A stretch of DNA of 47,434 nt from a virus (Duplodnaviria; Caudoviricetes). Position 1 is the stretch's first letter; each line of letters begins with the position of its first letter. Positions 28,369 to 36,460 of the stretch are shown piece after piece. Location of the stretch: positions 1 to 47,434 of the IMG/VR virus record IMGVR_UViG_3300027874_000016, one strand, 5' to 3'. A program made the translations under genes and the position numbers. The notes under the pieces are model-generated. The model was not told where the DNA came from. It saw only the letters and a list, made by a program, of their open reading frames with translations, and searched no databases.

Positions 28369-30895
28369 TGGTACCCGCTGAGTACGTGGCCCGCGCCCTG
28401 CAAGTATGGCGCCCGCCGCTGCGGTGGCCCGCCCTGCACACCCGGTACCCGCAAGGGATGTGGCCCGCCCCCTACTACTTGGCCCCCGCTGTTCGTGTGG
28501 CCCGCCCGCTCCTGCCGGCCCCCGCGCGCTGTACGGCCCGCACCCGGTAATTGGCCCCTACTGCAAGTATGGCCCGCACCGAGCGGGAGGCCCCCACAGG
28601 GGCGGTGGCCCGCGCAGGAGATGTGGCGCCCGCAATCAGGACGGCCCGCATCCAGGCGCTCGGCCCCCGCAAGCGACGTGGCCCGCGCGTGGGTCTCGGC
28701 CCCCGCATCGCAGACGACCCGCGCTCGTATTCTGGCCCCCGCTGGACACGCTGGCCCGCCCGGCCCTGACGGCTCCCACGACGTAGGCGGCCCGCCCGCC
28801 GATCTCGGCCCCGGCAACGCTGTCGGCCCGCTTCTCCTCTTCGGCCCCCGCTAGGAGGTTGGCCCGCCCGCGTACTCCGGCCCCCGCATCGTTGTCGGCC
28901 CGCCCCGACATCCCTGGTTCCCTCGTACGAGTATGGCCCACCAGACGGGTTGGCTCCCGGGCAGGCTGTGGCCCGCACGGTGGTCGTGTGGCCCCCGCTG
29001 CTCGTGTGACCCGCGCCACACGTGCGGCTCCCTCGCCTGAGGTGGCCCGCGCCTGCTGGACGGCGCCCGCTAATTGAGTGACCCGCACGCGCGCTATGGC
29101 GCCCGCAATTCTATGGCCCGCCCGCGTACTCCGGCCCCCGCGGCCCGACATGGCCCGCTCCGATCGGCTGGCCCCCGCGGCTCCCACGGCCCGCGCCCTG
29201 AACCCGGCGCCCTCCGCCTGTCTGGCCCGCGCGCCACTCGTGGCGCCCGCAGCGGCGTGGCCCGCCCCCCGTTGACGGCTCCCCCGAAGATGTCGGCCCG
29301 CCCCATCAGCGGGGCCCCCGCGTGAGCTTCGGCCCGCACGAGTGCAATGGCCCCCGCGCAGATCACGGCCCGCCCGGACACCATGGCCCCCTGATCATCC
29401 GAGGCCCGCCGTGGTGCCACGGCCCCCGCGGCGGACGTGGCCCGCGCACGAGCCCGACGGCCCCCACGACGTACACGGCCCGCGCTGGTACTCCGGCCCC
29501 CGCAGACATGACGGCCCGCCCTCGTGCTTCGGCTCCCTCGCGGTGGGTGGCCCGCCCGCGAACTCTGGCTCCCGCGCGCCAGACATGGCCCGCTCACCCC
29601 TTTCGGCGCCCCCACCACCATCGGCCCGCTCACTCCTTTCGGCGCCCCCGCCACCTCCGGCCCGCCCACCCGTTTGGCCCCCGCATGTCTCTGGCCCGCC
29701 CACTCGATGCGTCTCCCGCTTGCACCATCGGCTCGCCCCGCTAGAAGGGCCCCCGCGGCTAGAATGGCCCGCGTCGTGCGCCTGTGCCCGGGCTTGGTGT
29801 CTGGCCCGCCCGCCTTTCGTGGCTCCCGATGACAACTTGGCCCGCCCCACTACATTGGCCCCCACTATCGTTGTGGCCCGCCCGTCCTGCCCGGCCCCCG
29901 CAACGGGTTCGGCCCGCTCACCCCCTCAGGCCCCCTCGCGCTGTGTGACCCGCCCGCCTTGCGTGGCCCCCGCGTGGCAGAAGGCTCGCGCCCACTGCGT
30001 GGCCCCCTCGTCATTGACGGCCCGCACCCCACACATGATCCCCGCGGTAGATTGGCCCGCGCATACCTTCCGGCGCCCTCCACACGCTTGACCCGCCCAC
30101 TCGGTCTGGCCCCCGCCAACAACACGGCCCGCCCGCTTGGAAGGGCCCCCGCTCGCAACGTGGCCCGCGCTCGGAGCGTGGCCCCCTCGGCCGACCCGAC
30201 CCGACCCGCCTCGATGGCGCCCTCCTGCCAAACGGCCCGCCCCGGCGACCCGGCCCCCGGATGTCCCACGGCCCGCCCAAGTGCTATGGCTCCCCCGCAT
30301 CCAGTTGGCCCGCGCCTAAGCACCGGCCCCCTCCCATGGTGTGGCCCGCCCGATCTTAAGGGCCCCCTCACCTTCGACGGCCCGCTCCTGCACGACGGCC
30401 CCCGTCACCTGCTAGGGCCCGCCCGGCCTCTTCGGCGCCCGTCTCCCAGTTGGCCCGCCCCACCACAGCGGTTCCCGCTTTGACATTGGCCCGCCCGTGC
30501 CTTGTGGCCCCCGTGCCGATCACGGCCCGCTTCGCCTCGTTGGCTCCCGGCTCGACCTCCGGCCCGCTCGCCTCCCTCGGCCCCCGCTTCGACACCAGGC
30601 CCGCCCCTTCGTGACGGCCCCCGCATCCGATATGGCCCGCACTCCTGACTCGGCCCCCTCCTGTGGGACGGCCCGCCCTCGGGGTTTGGCTCCCTGCCTG
30701 GCACGTGGCCCGCTCGCCCATTCCGGCTCCCTCGGGCCCGTCGGCCCGCCCTACCACGTTGGCCCCCGCTTCGACACCGGCCCGCCCCGTCACAATGGCT
30801 CCCGGATGATGACTGGCCCGCTCGCCCAATCTGGCCCCCGCCTCGAAGGTGGCCCGCTCAGCACCGATGGCTCCCACCCGAAGGATGGCCCGCGC
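28369..30895 (-). repeat. TIGR-like array 1: ~70 tandem 36-nt units, each with two alternating repeats and two variable spacers
   Basis: The + strand parses as YGGC(C/T/G)CCCGC-N8-YGGCCCGCNC-N8, e.g. TGGCCCCCGC TGTTCGTG TGGCCCGCCC GCTCCTGC CGGCCCCCGC GCGCTGTA CGGCCCGCAC. Period ~36 nt. Lies directly 3' of the Nop-domain gene; orientation inferred from that gene. Confidence 0.9.
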
Positions 30896-30921
30896 CCCCG
30901 CAGCGGCCTGCGGGGGCGCGG
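30890..30921. other. Perfect 14-bp hairpin at the tas/array junction
   Basis: CCGCGCCCCCGCAG-CGGC-CTGCGGGGGCGCGG. Confidence 0.8.
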
Positions 30922-30928
30922 CGCCCGG

Positions 30929-32269
30929 TCAGAACGCCGGGTTGTCTTTGGGCTGGGGCGTCCGGTCGTCGTCCCCCGGCACGGGGGTGAACGGCACCGG
31001 GCACTCCTGCTTGTGGGCGTGGCCCAGGTGGGCCATGGCGAACGGCACGGGGGGCAGCCGGTGGAAGTGCCGGCGGTAGTTCTCCTCGTGGTACGCCGCC
31101 AGGAAGAGCTTGACGGCGTACCGCTTGGCCCGGGCGTGGATGTGCGCCGGGGGCAGCATCCGCGGGCCCGCGCCCGGGGCGCCGGCGAGCTTCTTGGTCA
31201 GCCCCTGCCGGTCGCCGGCGGGGGCGGCCAGGATCTGCCGGGCGGCCTCGACGGTGAGGCACCCGCTGTACCACTGCCAGGCGTCCGTGTCCTTGCCGAT
31301 GTTGTACGAGGCGAGCTTGCGCTCGGCCTGGTCGGCGTAGGCCCCCTGCTCGTTCATGGCCTGCTCCCGCGCCTTGCGGGCGGCGAACACCCGGCCGTAG
31401 TAGCACTCCGGGTGGTTCTGCATCTTCACCATGGATTCGCCTAACTTCCAGGTGAGGACTTTCAGCGAGGCGTTCCAGGGCCGGCGGGCGAGACCGGCCT
31501 CCAGGGCCGCCCGGCTGACGTTGCCCTGCTTGTCCTTGGCCAGGCGGGCGATCGTCTCCATCGGGCGCTTGGTGCGCTGGCTGACGAACGCCAGCACGTC
31601 GTTGTCCGGCCGGTCGGTGGCCCGGAGCCCCACGCCGGCGTAGGCCTCCCGCAGGAGCACGGCGGCCTTCTCCCGGCCCAGCCACTCGTTGGTCGGGTCG
31701 AGGCCGGCGAACCGCCACCAGTGCCCCACCGTGCGGGCCCGGGTGATGTCGAGGTGGGCCCGCAGGCCGGCGGCGATCACCGGCCCGATGCCGACGTGCA
31801 GGCGGGCCCAGGCCGCCATGCCCGAGGGCTCGTAGCGCGTCCAGACCTCCAGGATGGCCCGCAGGTCGTCTTCGGTCTTGATCATCTGGGCCATCACCCA
31901 GCGGATGGCGTCCGCGGGCTCGGCCTTCTGGCCGGGGACGGTGGGGGCGCTGAGGCTCCGCACCTGGCCCGCGGCCGCGATGCGGTAGCCCTGCCACTGG
32001 TAGTAGCAGTCCACGATGTACCTGGCCTCGTTCAGGCCCAGCGTCTTGGCCGCCTCGCGCAAGTCCTTCCGGGAGAGCGCCAGGAGCCGGCTCAACTCCA
32101 GGTACCCGCTGGGGATCCCCGGCTCCCGGGGCCCGGGGGCCTTGTCCGCCGGTTCGTCGCCGGCGGGTAAGCCCTGCTCGTCGCCGTCCGGGCTGTCCCA
32201 CAGGTCGAAGTCCTCGTTGGAGCCCGGCCCGTCGGGGGTCTGCTCCTCGTACTCGTCGTAGGGGTTCAT
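30929..32269 (-). CDS. tasA: Nop-domain/IS110-related TIGR-associated protein lacking a nuclease domain (TasA-like)
   Basis: Helical N-terminus (YIVDCYYQWQGYRI), GIGPVIAAGL..LDI.RA.TVGHWWRFAGLDP (IS110/IS116 C-terminal motif), RPWNASLK..WKLGES, YYGRVF..RK, HIHARAKRYAVKLFL. No DEDD RuvC or HNH visible. Adjacent to the 36-nt array. Confidence 0.82.
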   Translation of the reverse strand: MNPYDEYEEQTPDGPGSNEDFDLWDSPDGDEQGLPAGDEPADKAPGPREPGIPSGYLELSRLLALSRKDLREAAKTLGLNEARYIVDCYYQWQGYRIAAAGQVRSLSAPTVPGQKAEPADAIRWVMAQMIKTEDDLRAILEVWTRYEPSGMAAWARLHVGIGPVIAAGLRAHLDITRARTVGHWWRFAGLDPTNEWLGREKAAVLLREAYAGVGLRATDRPDNDVLAFVSQRTKRPMETIARLAKDKQGNVSRAALEAGLARRPWNASLKVLTWKLGESMVKMQNHPECYYGRVFAARKAREQAMNEQGAYADQAERKLASYNIGKDTDAWQWYSGCLTVEAARQILAAPAGDRQGLTKKLAGAPGAGPRMLPPAHIHARAKRYAVKLFLAAYHEENYRRHFHRLPPVPFAMAHLGHAHKQECPVPFTPVPGDDDRTPQPKDNPAF

Positions 32270-32285
32270 CGTCGTCGGGCGCCTC

Positions 32286-32672
32286 CTAGCGCACCGGGAT
32301 CTGGTGGCGGGGGCTGTGCTCCCGCGCCATGTAGACGGCGGCGCGCCGGCGCCGCACCGTCAGCCGCGTGTACCCGCTGTCCACCACGAGCCCCTGGCGC
32401 TGCAGGTCGACCCGCCGGGGCCGGTACGTGTTCCCCTCCATCCGCAGGGCCTGCTGGCCCTCCTCGTCGGTCGCGCCGGTGTCCTTCCGGCCCTTCAGGT
32501 ACTCCCACACCCGGCGCAGGGCGGCGCCCTGGGAGCCGGCGACGCTGGACAGGTAGGCCGCCTCCCGGCTGGTCTCGCTGCCCCGGGCGTACGGCCCGAT
32601 CGGGCCGCCCCCGCCCTCCGGGGCCCGGCGCTCCTCCGGGGGCTCGTCCAAGAAGCTCGACTGGGTCATCAT
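32286..32672 (-). CDS. Winged-helix DNA-binding protein
   Basis: ETSREAA..RVWEYL..GATDEE...L....NTYRPRRVDL...GLVVDSG.TR. ATGA-coupled start. Confidence 0.7.
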   Translation of the reverse strand: MMTQSSFLDEPPEERRAPEGGGGPIGPYARGSETSREAAYLSSVAGSQGAALRRVWEYLKGRKDTGATDEEGQQALRMEGNTYRPRRVDLQRQGLVVDSGYTRLTVRRRRAAVYMAREHSPRHQIPVR

Positions 32673-32923
32673 GGTCTGATCTCCCTCCACGAGCGGGTCT
32701 CGATCTCCTCCGCCCGCAGGACGTGCTGGTGGCAGCGTTCCAGCGTCCGGTCGGCCGCCCGCAGGCCGGCCAGGTCGGCGTAGGTCAGCGCCCCCCGGTG
32801 GCCGGTGTCCAGGCCCTCGATCAGGGAGATGGCCTGGCGGGCCATGTGGATCGCGGTGAGGATGGAGCCCCGTTCGAAGGTCTGCTGGCGCAGCCTGGCC
32901 CGGGGGCTCAGTTGGGCGTCCAT
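32669..32923 (-). CDS. Hypothetical protein
   Basis: AAGGAG RBS, GC3-rich codons, 84 aa. Confidence 0.6.
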   Translation of the reverse strand: MDAQLSPRARLRQQTFERGSILTAIHMARQAISLIEGLDTGHRGALTYADLAGLRAADRTLERCHQHVLRAEEIETRSWREIRP

Positions 32924-33251
32924 CGTCGGGCGGGTTCTCCTTCTTGGGTGGCAGGGTGTCCATCGCCCGGCGCACCATCCACTGGGGGGCGTGGATCCCG
33001 TCGGGGATCCCCGCCCAGGGCCGGCTCGGCGTGTACTTGGTGGGCACCTCCAGGGTCTCCCCGGTGAACGGATCCCGGATCCGGAGCCACCCCCGCTCCC
33101 ACCCGGCCCCGTACCCGCTCTGCCAGAGGCAGCGCAACTCGTCCGGGCCCCGGTTCCACAGGCGGAACCGGCCCCGGTAGGGCTCGTAGGGGACGGGCTC
33201 CTCGTCGCTCGTCCGGTCGTCGTACGAGAGGTCGCCCCGTCGTCCGGTCAC
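32924..33251 (-). CDS. Hypothetical protein whose frame has no stop until 32286
   Basis: GGGAGG RBS and GTG at 33251, with coding-like codons to ~32930. The end coordinate is approximate. Confidence 0.4.
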
Positions 33252-33274
33252 TCGCATCGCCTCCCGCAACTGCT

Positions 33275-33304
33275 ACCCTAACACACTCGGCAACCGAACC
33301 GCAT
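33275..33304 (-). promoter_or_regulatory. Putative extended -10 promoter for the wHTH-tasA-array unit
   Basis: ATGCGG-N18-TAGGGT with TG extension. The spacer TTCGGTTGCCGAGTGTGT resembles that of the 42993-43022 promoter. Confidence 0.45.
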
Positions 33305-33753
33305 CACGCGCTGAGCAGCGACAGCAGCCGGCGCACGCACGCCATCTGGGGGGTTGCGCCCTCGGTCAGGATCGTCACGATGTCCGCCTGGTCGCTGGGC
33401 ATCCACCAGTAGGCCTCCACGTCGCAGGCCAGCAGATCCCGCAGCCAGGCGTCCTGGCCCTCGACGAGGCGGGGCGTCGCCCCCCGGCTGAGGCGGGCCA
33501 CCGTGGGCTTGCGCCCCTCCCGCTTCAACTCCGCGAACAGCAGGCGGGGCGGGCGGCAGAGGCACAGGTCGGGGTACCCCGCCGCCGAGAAGACGCTGAA
33601 CCGCGTGTGGTAGGCGCGGTACCCCAGGGCCCGGGCGGTGTTCATCACGAACCGCTGCAGGTCGTCCTCCGACCAAGCCGCGAAGACCAGGGCCTGCGCC
33701 TCCTCTACGGACGCAGGCGCGACGACCGCCCCCTTCCGAACCCTGGGGGGCAT
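33304..33753 (-). CDS. VRR-NUC (PD-(D/E)xK) nuclease
   Basis: SEDDLQ..V...A..LG, GYPDL, LFAELK, Q.AWL..L. Confidence 0.85.
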   Translation of the reverse strand: MPPRVRKGAVVAPASVEEAQALVFAAWSEDDLQRFVMNTARALGYRAYHTRFSVFSAAGYPDLCLCRPPRLLFAELKREGRKPTVARLSRGATPRLVEGQDAWLRDLLACDVEAYWWMPSDQADIVTILTEGATPQMACVRRLLSLLSA

Positions 33754-34077
33754 CTACGCCCCCTCCCCCGCCTCTACGGCCAGCGTGGGGGCTCCCAGGG
33801 CCTGTTGCGCGTACCACCGGCGGGCCAGGGCGAAGGCCTGGCGGTTCATGCTGGGGAAGATCGGCCGGAGGCCCCCGGGCCCGGAGACCCGCCACAGCAG
33901 CGGCAGGGAGCCGCCCCGGGCGTGGCCGTCCTGGGCCCGCAGGGCGCAGGCGCAGGCCCCGATCGCCTCCTTGGCCGCGAACGGCTCGGAGCCGTCCAGC
34001 AGCCAGACGATGGGGTGCCCCCGCTGGCAGCGGGCGGGGAGCGAGGGGAGGGAGGGGCGGGGCGGGGCGTCGATCAC
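33754..34077 (-). CDS. Hypothetical protein
   Basis: GTGA overlap with the upstream stop, 107 aa, abuts the next start. Confidence 0.5.
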   Translation of the reverse strand: MIDAPPRPSLPSLPARCQRGHPIVWLLDGSEPFAAKEAIGACACALRAQDGHARGGSLPLLWRVSGPGGLRPIFPSMNRQAFALARRWYAQQALGAPTLAVEAGEGA

Positions 34078-35207
34078 GAGGGCTTCCCTCCCGGCCCCTG
34101 CATCTGCTGCATCTGCTGCGGCGCCTGGGGCGGCTGCGGGGGCCGGAACGGGGGGATGGCCGGGGGCCGGGCCGAGGGCGTCGCCGGCGGCGGGGCCGGC
34201 GGCGGGGCCGGCGCCGGGGGCGTGACGGGCGGGGGCGCCTGGTGGGGCAGCGCCGTCGGCTCCACCCGGGCCGTCTTGCGGGTCTGCACCGCGAACCGGC
34301 CGTCCGAGGCGCCCCCCGCCTTGAACCGGTGCAGGGCGGCCTCCCGGGCCACCAGGTCGCTGAGCTTGTTCTCCTGGTGCAGGCCGTGGCTGTAGAGGTC
34401 GACGAAGGCCAGCACGCCGTACAGGGCGGCCAGCCCGCCCAGGGGGCGCCCCTGGGCCGCCACCCGCTGCCGGATGTAGCGCGTCTCGAACCCCGCCAGG
34501 CCCTCCCGGATCATCGCCCCCTTGAGCTTCTGGAGGTTGAACTGGGGGTCGTCGCCGTACAGCCGGAGGAAGGTGGACAGGGAGAGGATGACCGCCTGGC
34601 TGTAGATCGACTTCTGGCTGTGGACTAGCTCCGGCACCTCCCGGCCCCAGCACTCCTTGACCAGCAGGAGGCACTGGCGCAGGCACTCCTTGCCGTTGCT
34701 CTCGCAGGCCTGGAGCAGGCCGGAGACGGCCCGGATCCGGTTGCGCTGGAAGCCCGCCCCGCCGTAGGGGGCGACCTGCAGGCCCAGCGTGTCCAGCACG
34801 TCCTTGACCTGGACGGCGATCGGGTCGCCCTCCTCCACCCGGGCCGGGAAGTCGTCCCCGGCCGTGTGGCGCAGCCGGCGGGCGTCCTCCGCCAGGTAGA
34901 TCCGGGCCTCGTCGGCCCGGCTGAGGCCGTGCAGGACTTTGCAGGAGAAGGGGTAGCCGTAGTTGCCCTGGCTGACCTGGGCCTGCCAGCGGTGGTTGCC
35001 GGCCAGCACGACGTTGGTGCCGTCGGCCCGCCGGCTGACGATGAGCACGCCGTCTTCGTCGTCCTGCCACTCCCGGATGAGGCGGTTCACCCAGTACCGG
35101 CGCAGGGGCCGGGCGCGCTCGTGGCGCTGTAGCTCGCTGGCGAAGAGGATCTCCAGCGTGGTGCGGTGGCCGCCCTTCACGAAGGGCGGGGCGCTCGGTG
35201 CTGCCAT
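34074..35207 (-). CDS. ParB/Srx-like N-terminal domain protein
   Basis: QR, LIVSRR.DG..VVLAGNHRWQA, GLSRADEARIYL. AAGGAG RBS. Confidence 0.65.
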   Translation of the reverse strand: MAAPSAPPFVKGGHRTTLEILFASELQRHERARPLRRYWVNRLIREWQDDEDGVLIVSRRADGTNVVLAGNHRWQAQVSQGNYGYPFSCKVLHGLSRADEARIYLAEDARRLRHTAGDDFPARVEEGDPIAVQVKDVLDTLGLQVAPYGGAGFQRNRIRAVSGLLQACESNGKECLRQCLLLVKECWGREVPELVHSQKSIYSQAVILSLSTFLRLYGDDPQFNLQKLKGAMIREGLAGFETRYIRQRVAAQGRPLGGLAALYGVLAFVDLYSHGLHQENKLSDLVAREAALHRFKAGGASDGRFAVQTRKTARVEPTALPHQAPPPVTPPAPAPPPAPPPATPSARPPAIPPFRPPQPPQAPQQMQQMQGPGGKPS

Positions 35208-35225
35208 CGGGGGGTTCTCCTTGGG

Positions 35226-35690
35226 TCAGTGGCCGCCGTCGCCGGGGAGGCCCCGCTGGGGCCCCCCCGGCCAGGCGCGCCGGATCCAGTCGTCGGTGCC
35301 GGTCTGGGCGGATGTGGGCGGGCGGGCGTCCCGGACGGGGACGCGCCCCACCCCGGGGACGTTCACCTCCCGGACGCTGGCCGCCTGCCGGCGCGCCCAG
35401 TCGTCCGGGTGCTTGAGGACGTAGGTGCGCTTCAGCGCGTCCTGGACATCCTCGCTGCTGAAGTAGCTGCCTAGCTCCCGATCGGGGGGCAGGAAGCCGA
35501 CCAGGGCCGCCTCGTCGTCTTCGGTCGGCCGGGCGAGGCCCCGCCGGCCCGGCTTGGCGACGAGGGGCACGGCCTCCCGGTCGGCCGTCACCGACCAGGC
35601 GCCGATCGGGTACCGGATCAGGTGGCCGTTGCCGTCCCCCTCGATCCGCACGAAGTACCAGCCCGGCGGGGCGGCGATCGTCTCGCTCAC
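35226..35690 (-). CDS. Hypothetical protein
   Basis: AAGGAGG RBS, GTGA-coupled start (VSETIAAPPGWYF...), 154 aa. Confidence 0.55.
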   Translation of the reverse strand: MSETIAAPPGWYFVRIEGDGNGHLIRYPIGAWSVTADREAVPLVAKPGRRGLARPTEDDEAALVGFLPPDRELGSYFSSEDVQDALKRTYVLKHPDDWARRQAASVREVNVPGVGRVPVRDARPPTSAQTGTDDWIRRAWPGGPQRGLPGDGGH

Positions 35691-36460
35691 TGCGGGGCGC
35701 CCTCCTTGGCGTCGTGGGCCATGACCTGGTCGCGGATGATCCGGGTGTGGCGGGCGATCTCGGCCAGGGGCGCGTCCCGGTTCAGCAGGGGGCCCGGCAC
35801 CGTCATCCGGCGGTCGCGGGCCTGGTTCATGCGCTGCTGGTAGAAGCCGTAGAGTTGCGCCCGGCTGTACCACCGGCCGTCGATCGTCAGCCCGTCCTGG
35901 TTCTGGGCCCCGCCGTTGTCCCCGGCGCCTCGGCCCTGCCAGGGGCTCTCCTGGTCGCGCTGGGGCGGGGGCGGGGGCGCCGTCAACGGGGGGCGGGCCG
36001 GGGCTCCCCCGCCGGCGGGGGAGCCCCCTAGCTCCTCGACCGTCACCAGCCCGACGTTGAGCAGGTCGCGGAGGGCCCGCCCCTTGGCCCGGGTCTCCGC
36101 CATGCGGATGAAGTGGGCGGCCACCGTGCGCCCCACGTTCTCGGGGCTGGCGTCCCCGATCCCCTGGGCCTGCCGGAACGTCCCGCCCTCGTCCTGGATG
36201 GCCACCGTCGCCTGGCAGATGCACGTCTGGCCGTTGGCCGCGTCCGGGAACTGGATGACCTGGGTGCTCATCAGGAAGTGCCCCTCGCTGACCTGGTGGA
36301 GGAGATCCACCAGGCCGGCGTACTGCACGAAGTCCCGGCCCTGCTGCTTGATCACCCACTTCCGGAGGCGCTCGTAGTCCACCTCCGGGGCCGGGGCCTG
36401 GTGGTCGGCCGCGTCGAAGACCTCCTCCGGCTGCTCGGTCTGCTCAGTCGTCTGCGCCAC
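35687..36460 (-). CDS. Single-strand annealing protein, Rad52/Sak-like superfamily
   Basis: QGRDFV.YAGL, C.ATV, GIGDA.P.NV....HFIRMAETRAKGRALRD..NVG....EEL. Confidence 0.6.
   Translation of the reverse strand: MAQTTEQTEQPEEVFDAADHQAPAPEVDYERLRKWVIKQQGRDFVQYAGLVDLLHQVSEGHFLMSTQVIQFPDAANGQTCICQATVAIQDEGGTFRQAQGIGDASPENVGRTVAAHFIRMAETRAKGRALRDLLNVGLVTVEELGGSPAGGGAPARPPLTAPPPPPQRDQESPWQGRGAGDNGGAQNQDGLTIDGRWYSRAQLYGFYQQRMNQARDRRMTVPGPLLNRDAPLAEIARHTRIIRDQVMAHDAKEGAPQ

Noticed and set aside
28743-28751. Spacer TGGACAC matching the iteron core (self-targeting of the origin)
   Set aside because: Only 7 nt match, and neither neighbouring spacer matches the iteron flanks.
28369-28870. Complementary covariation between the variable bases of the two repeat types
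   Set aside because: Checked by eye over the first ~14 units; no consistent pairing.
28369-30895. CRISPR array
   Set aside because: Repeats are ~10 nt, degenerate and of two alternating types with 8-nt spacers, and no cas genes are present.
28406-31444. Many short overlapping ORFs across array 1 (WPA/GP/AR-rich)
   Set aside because: Unit-length indels break every frame, the peptides merely mirror the DNA repeat, and there is no RBS or codon bias.
30929-32269. IS110/IS116 transposon
   Set aside because: No N-terminal DEDD RuvC domain or catalytic SG motif, embedded in a phage operon, and followed by a 36-nt array.
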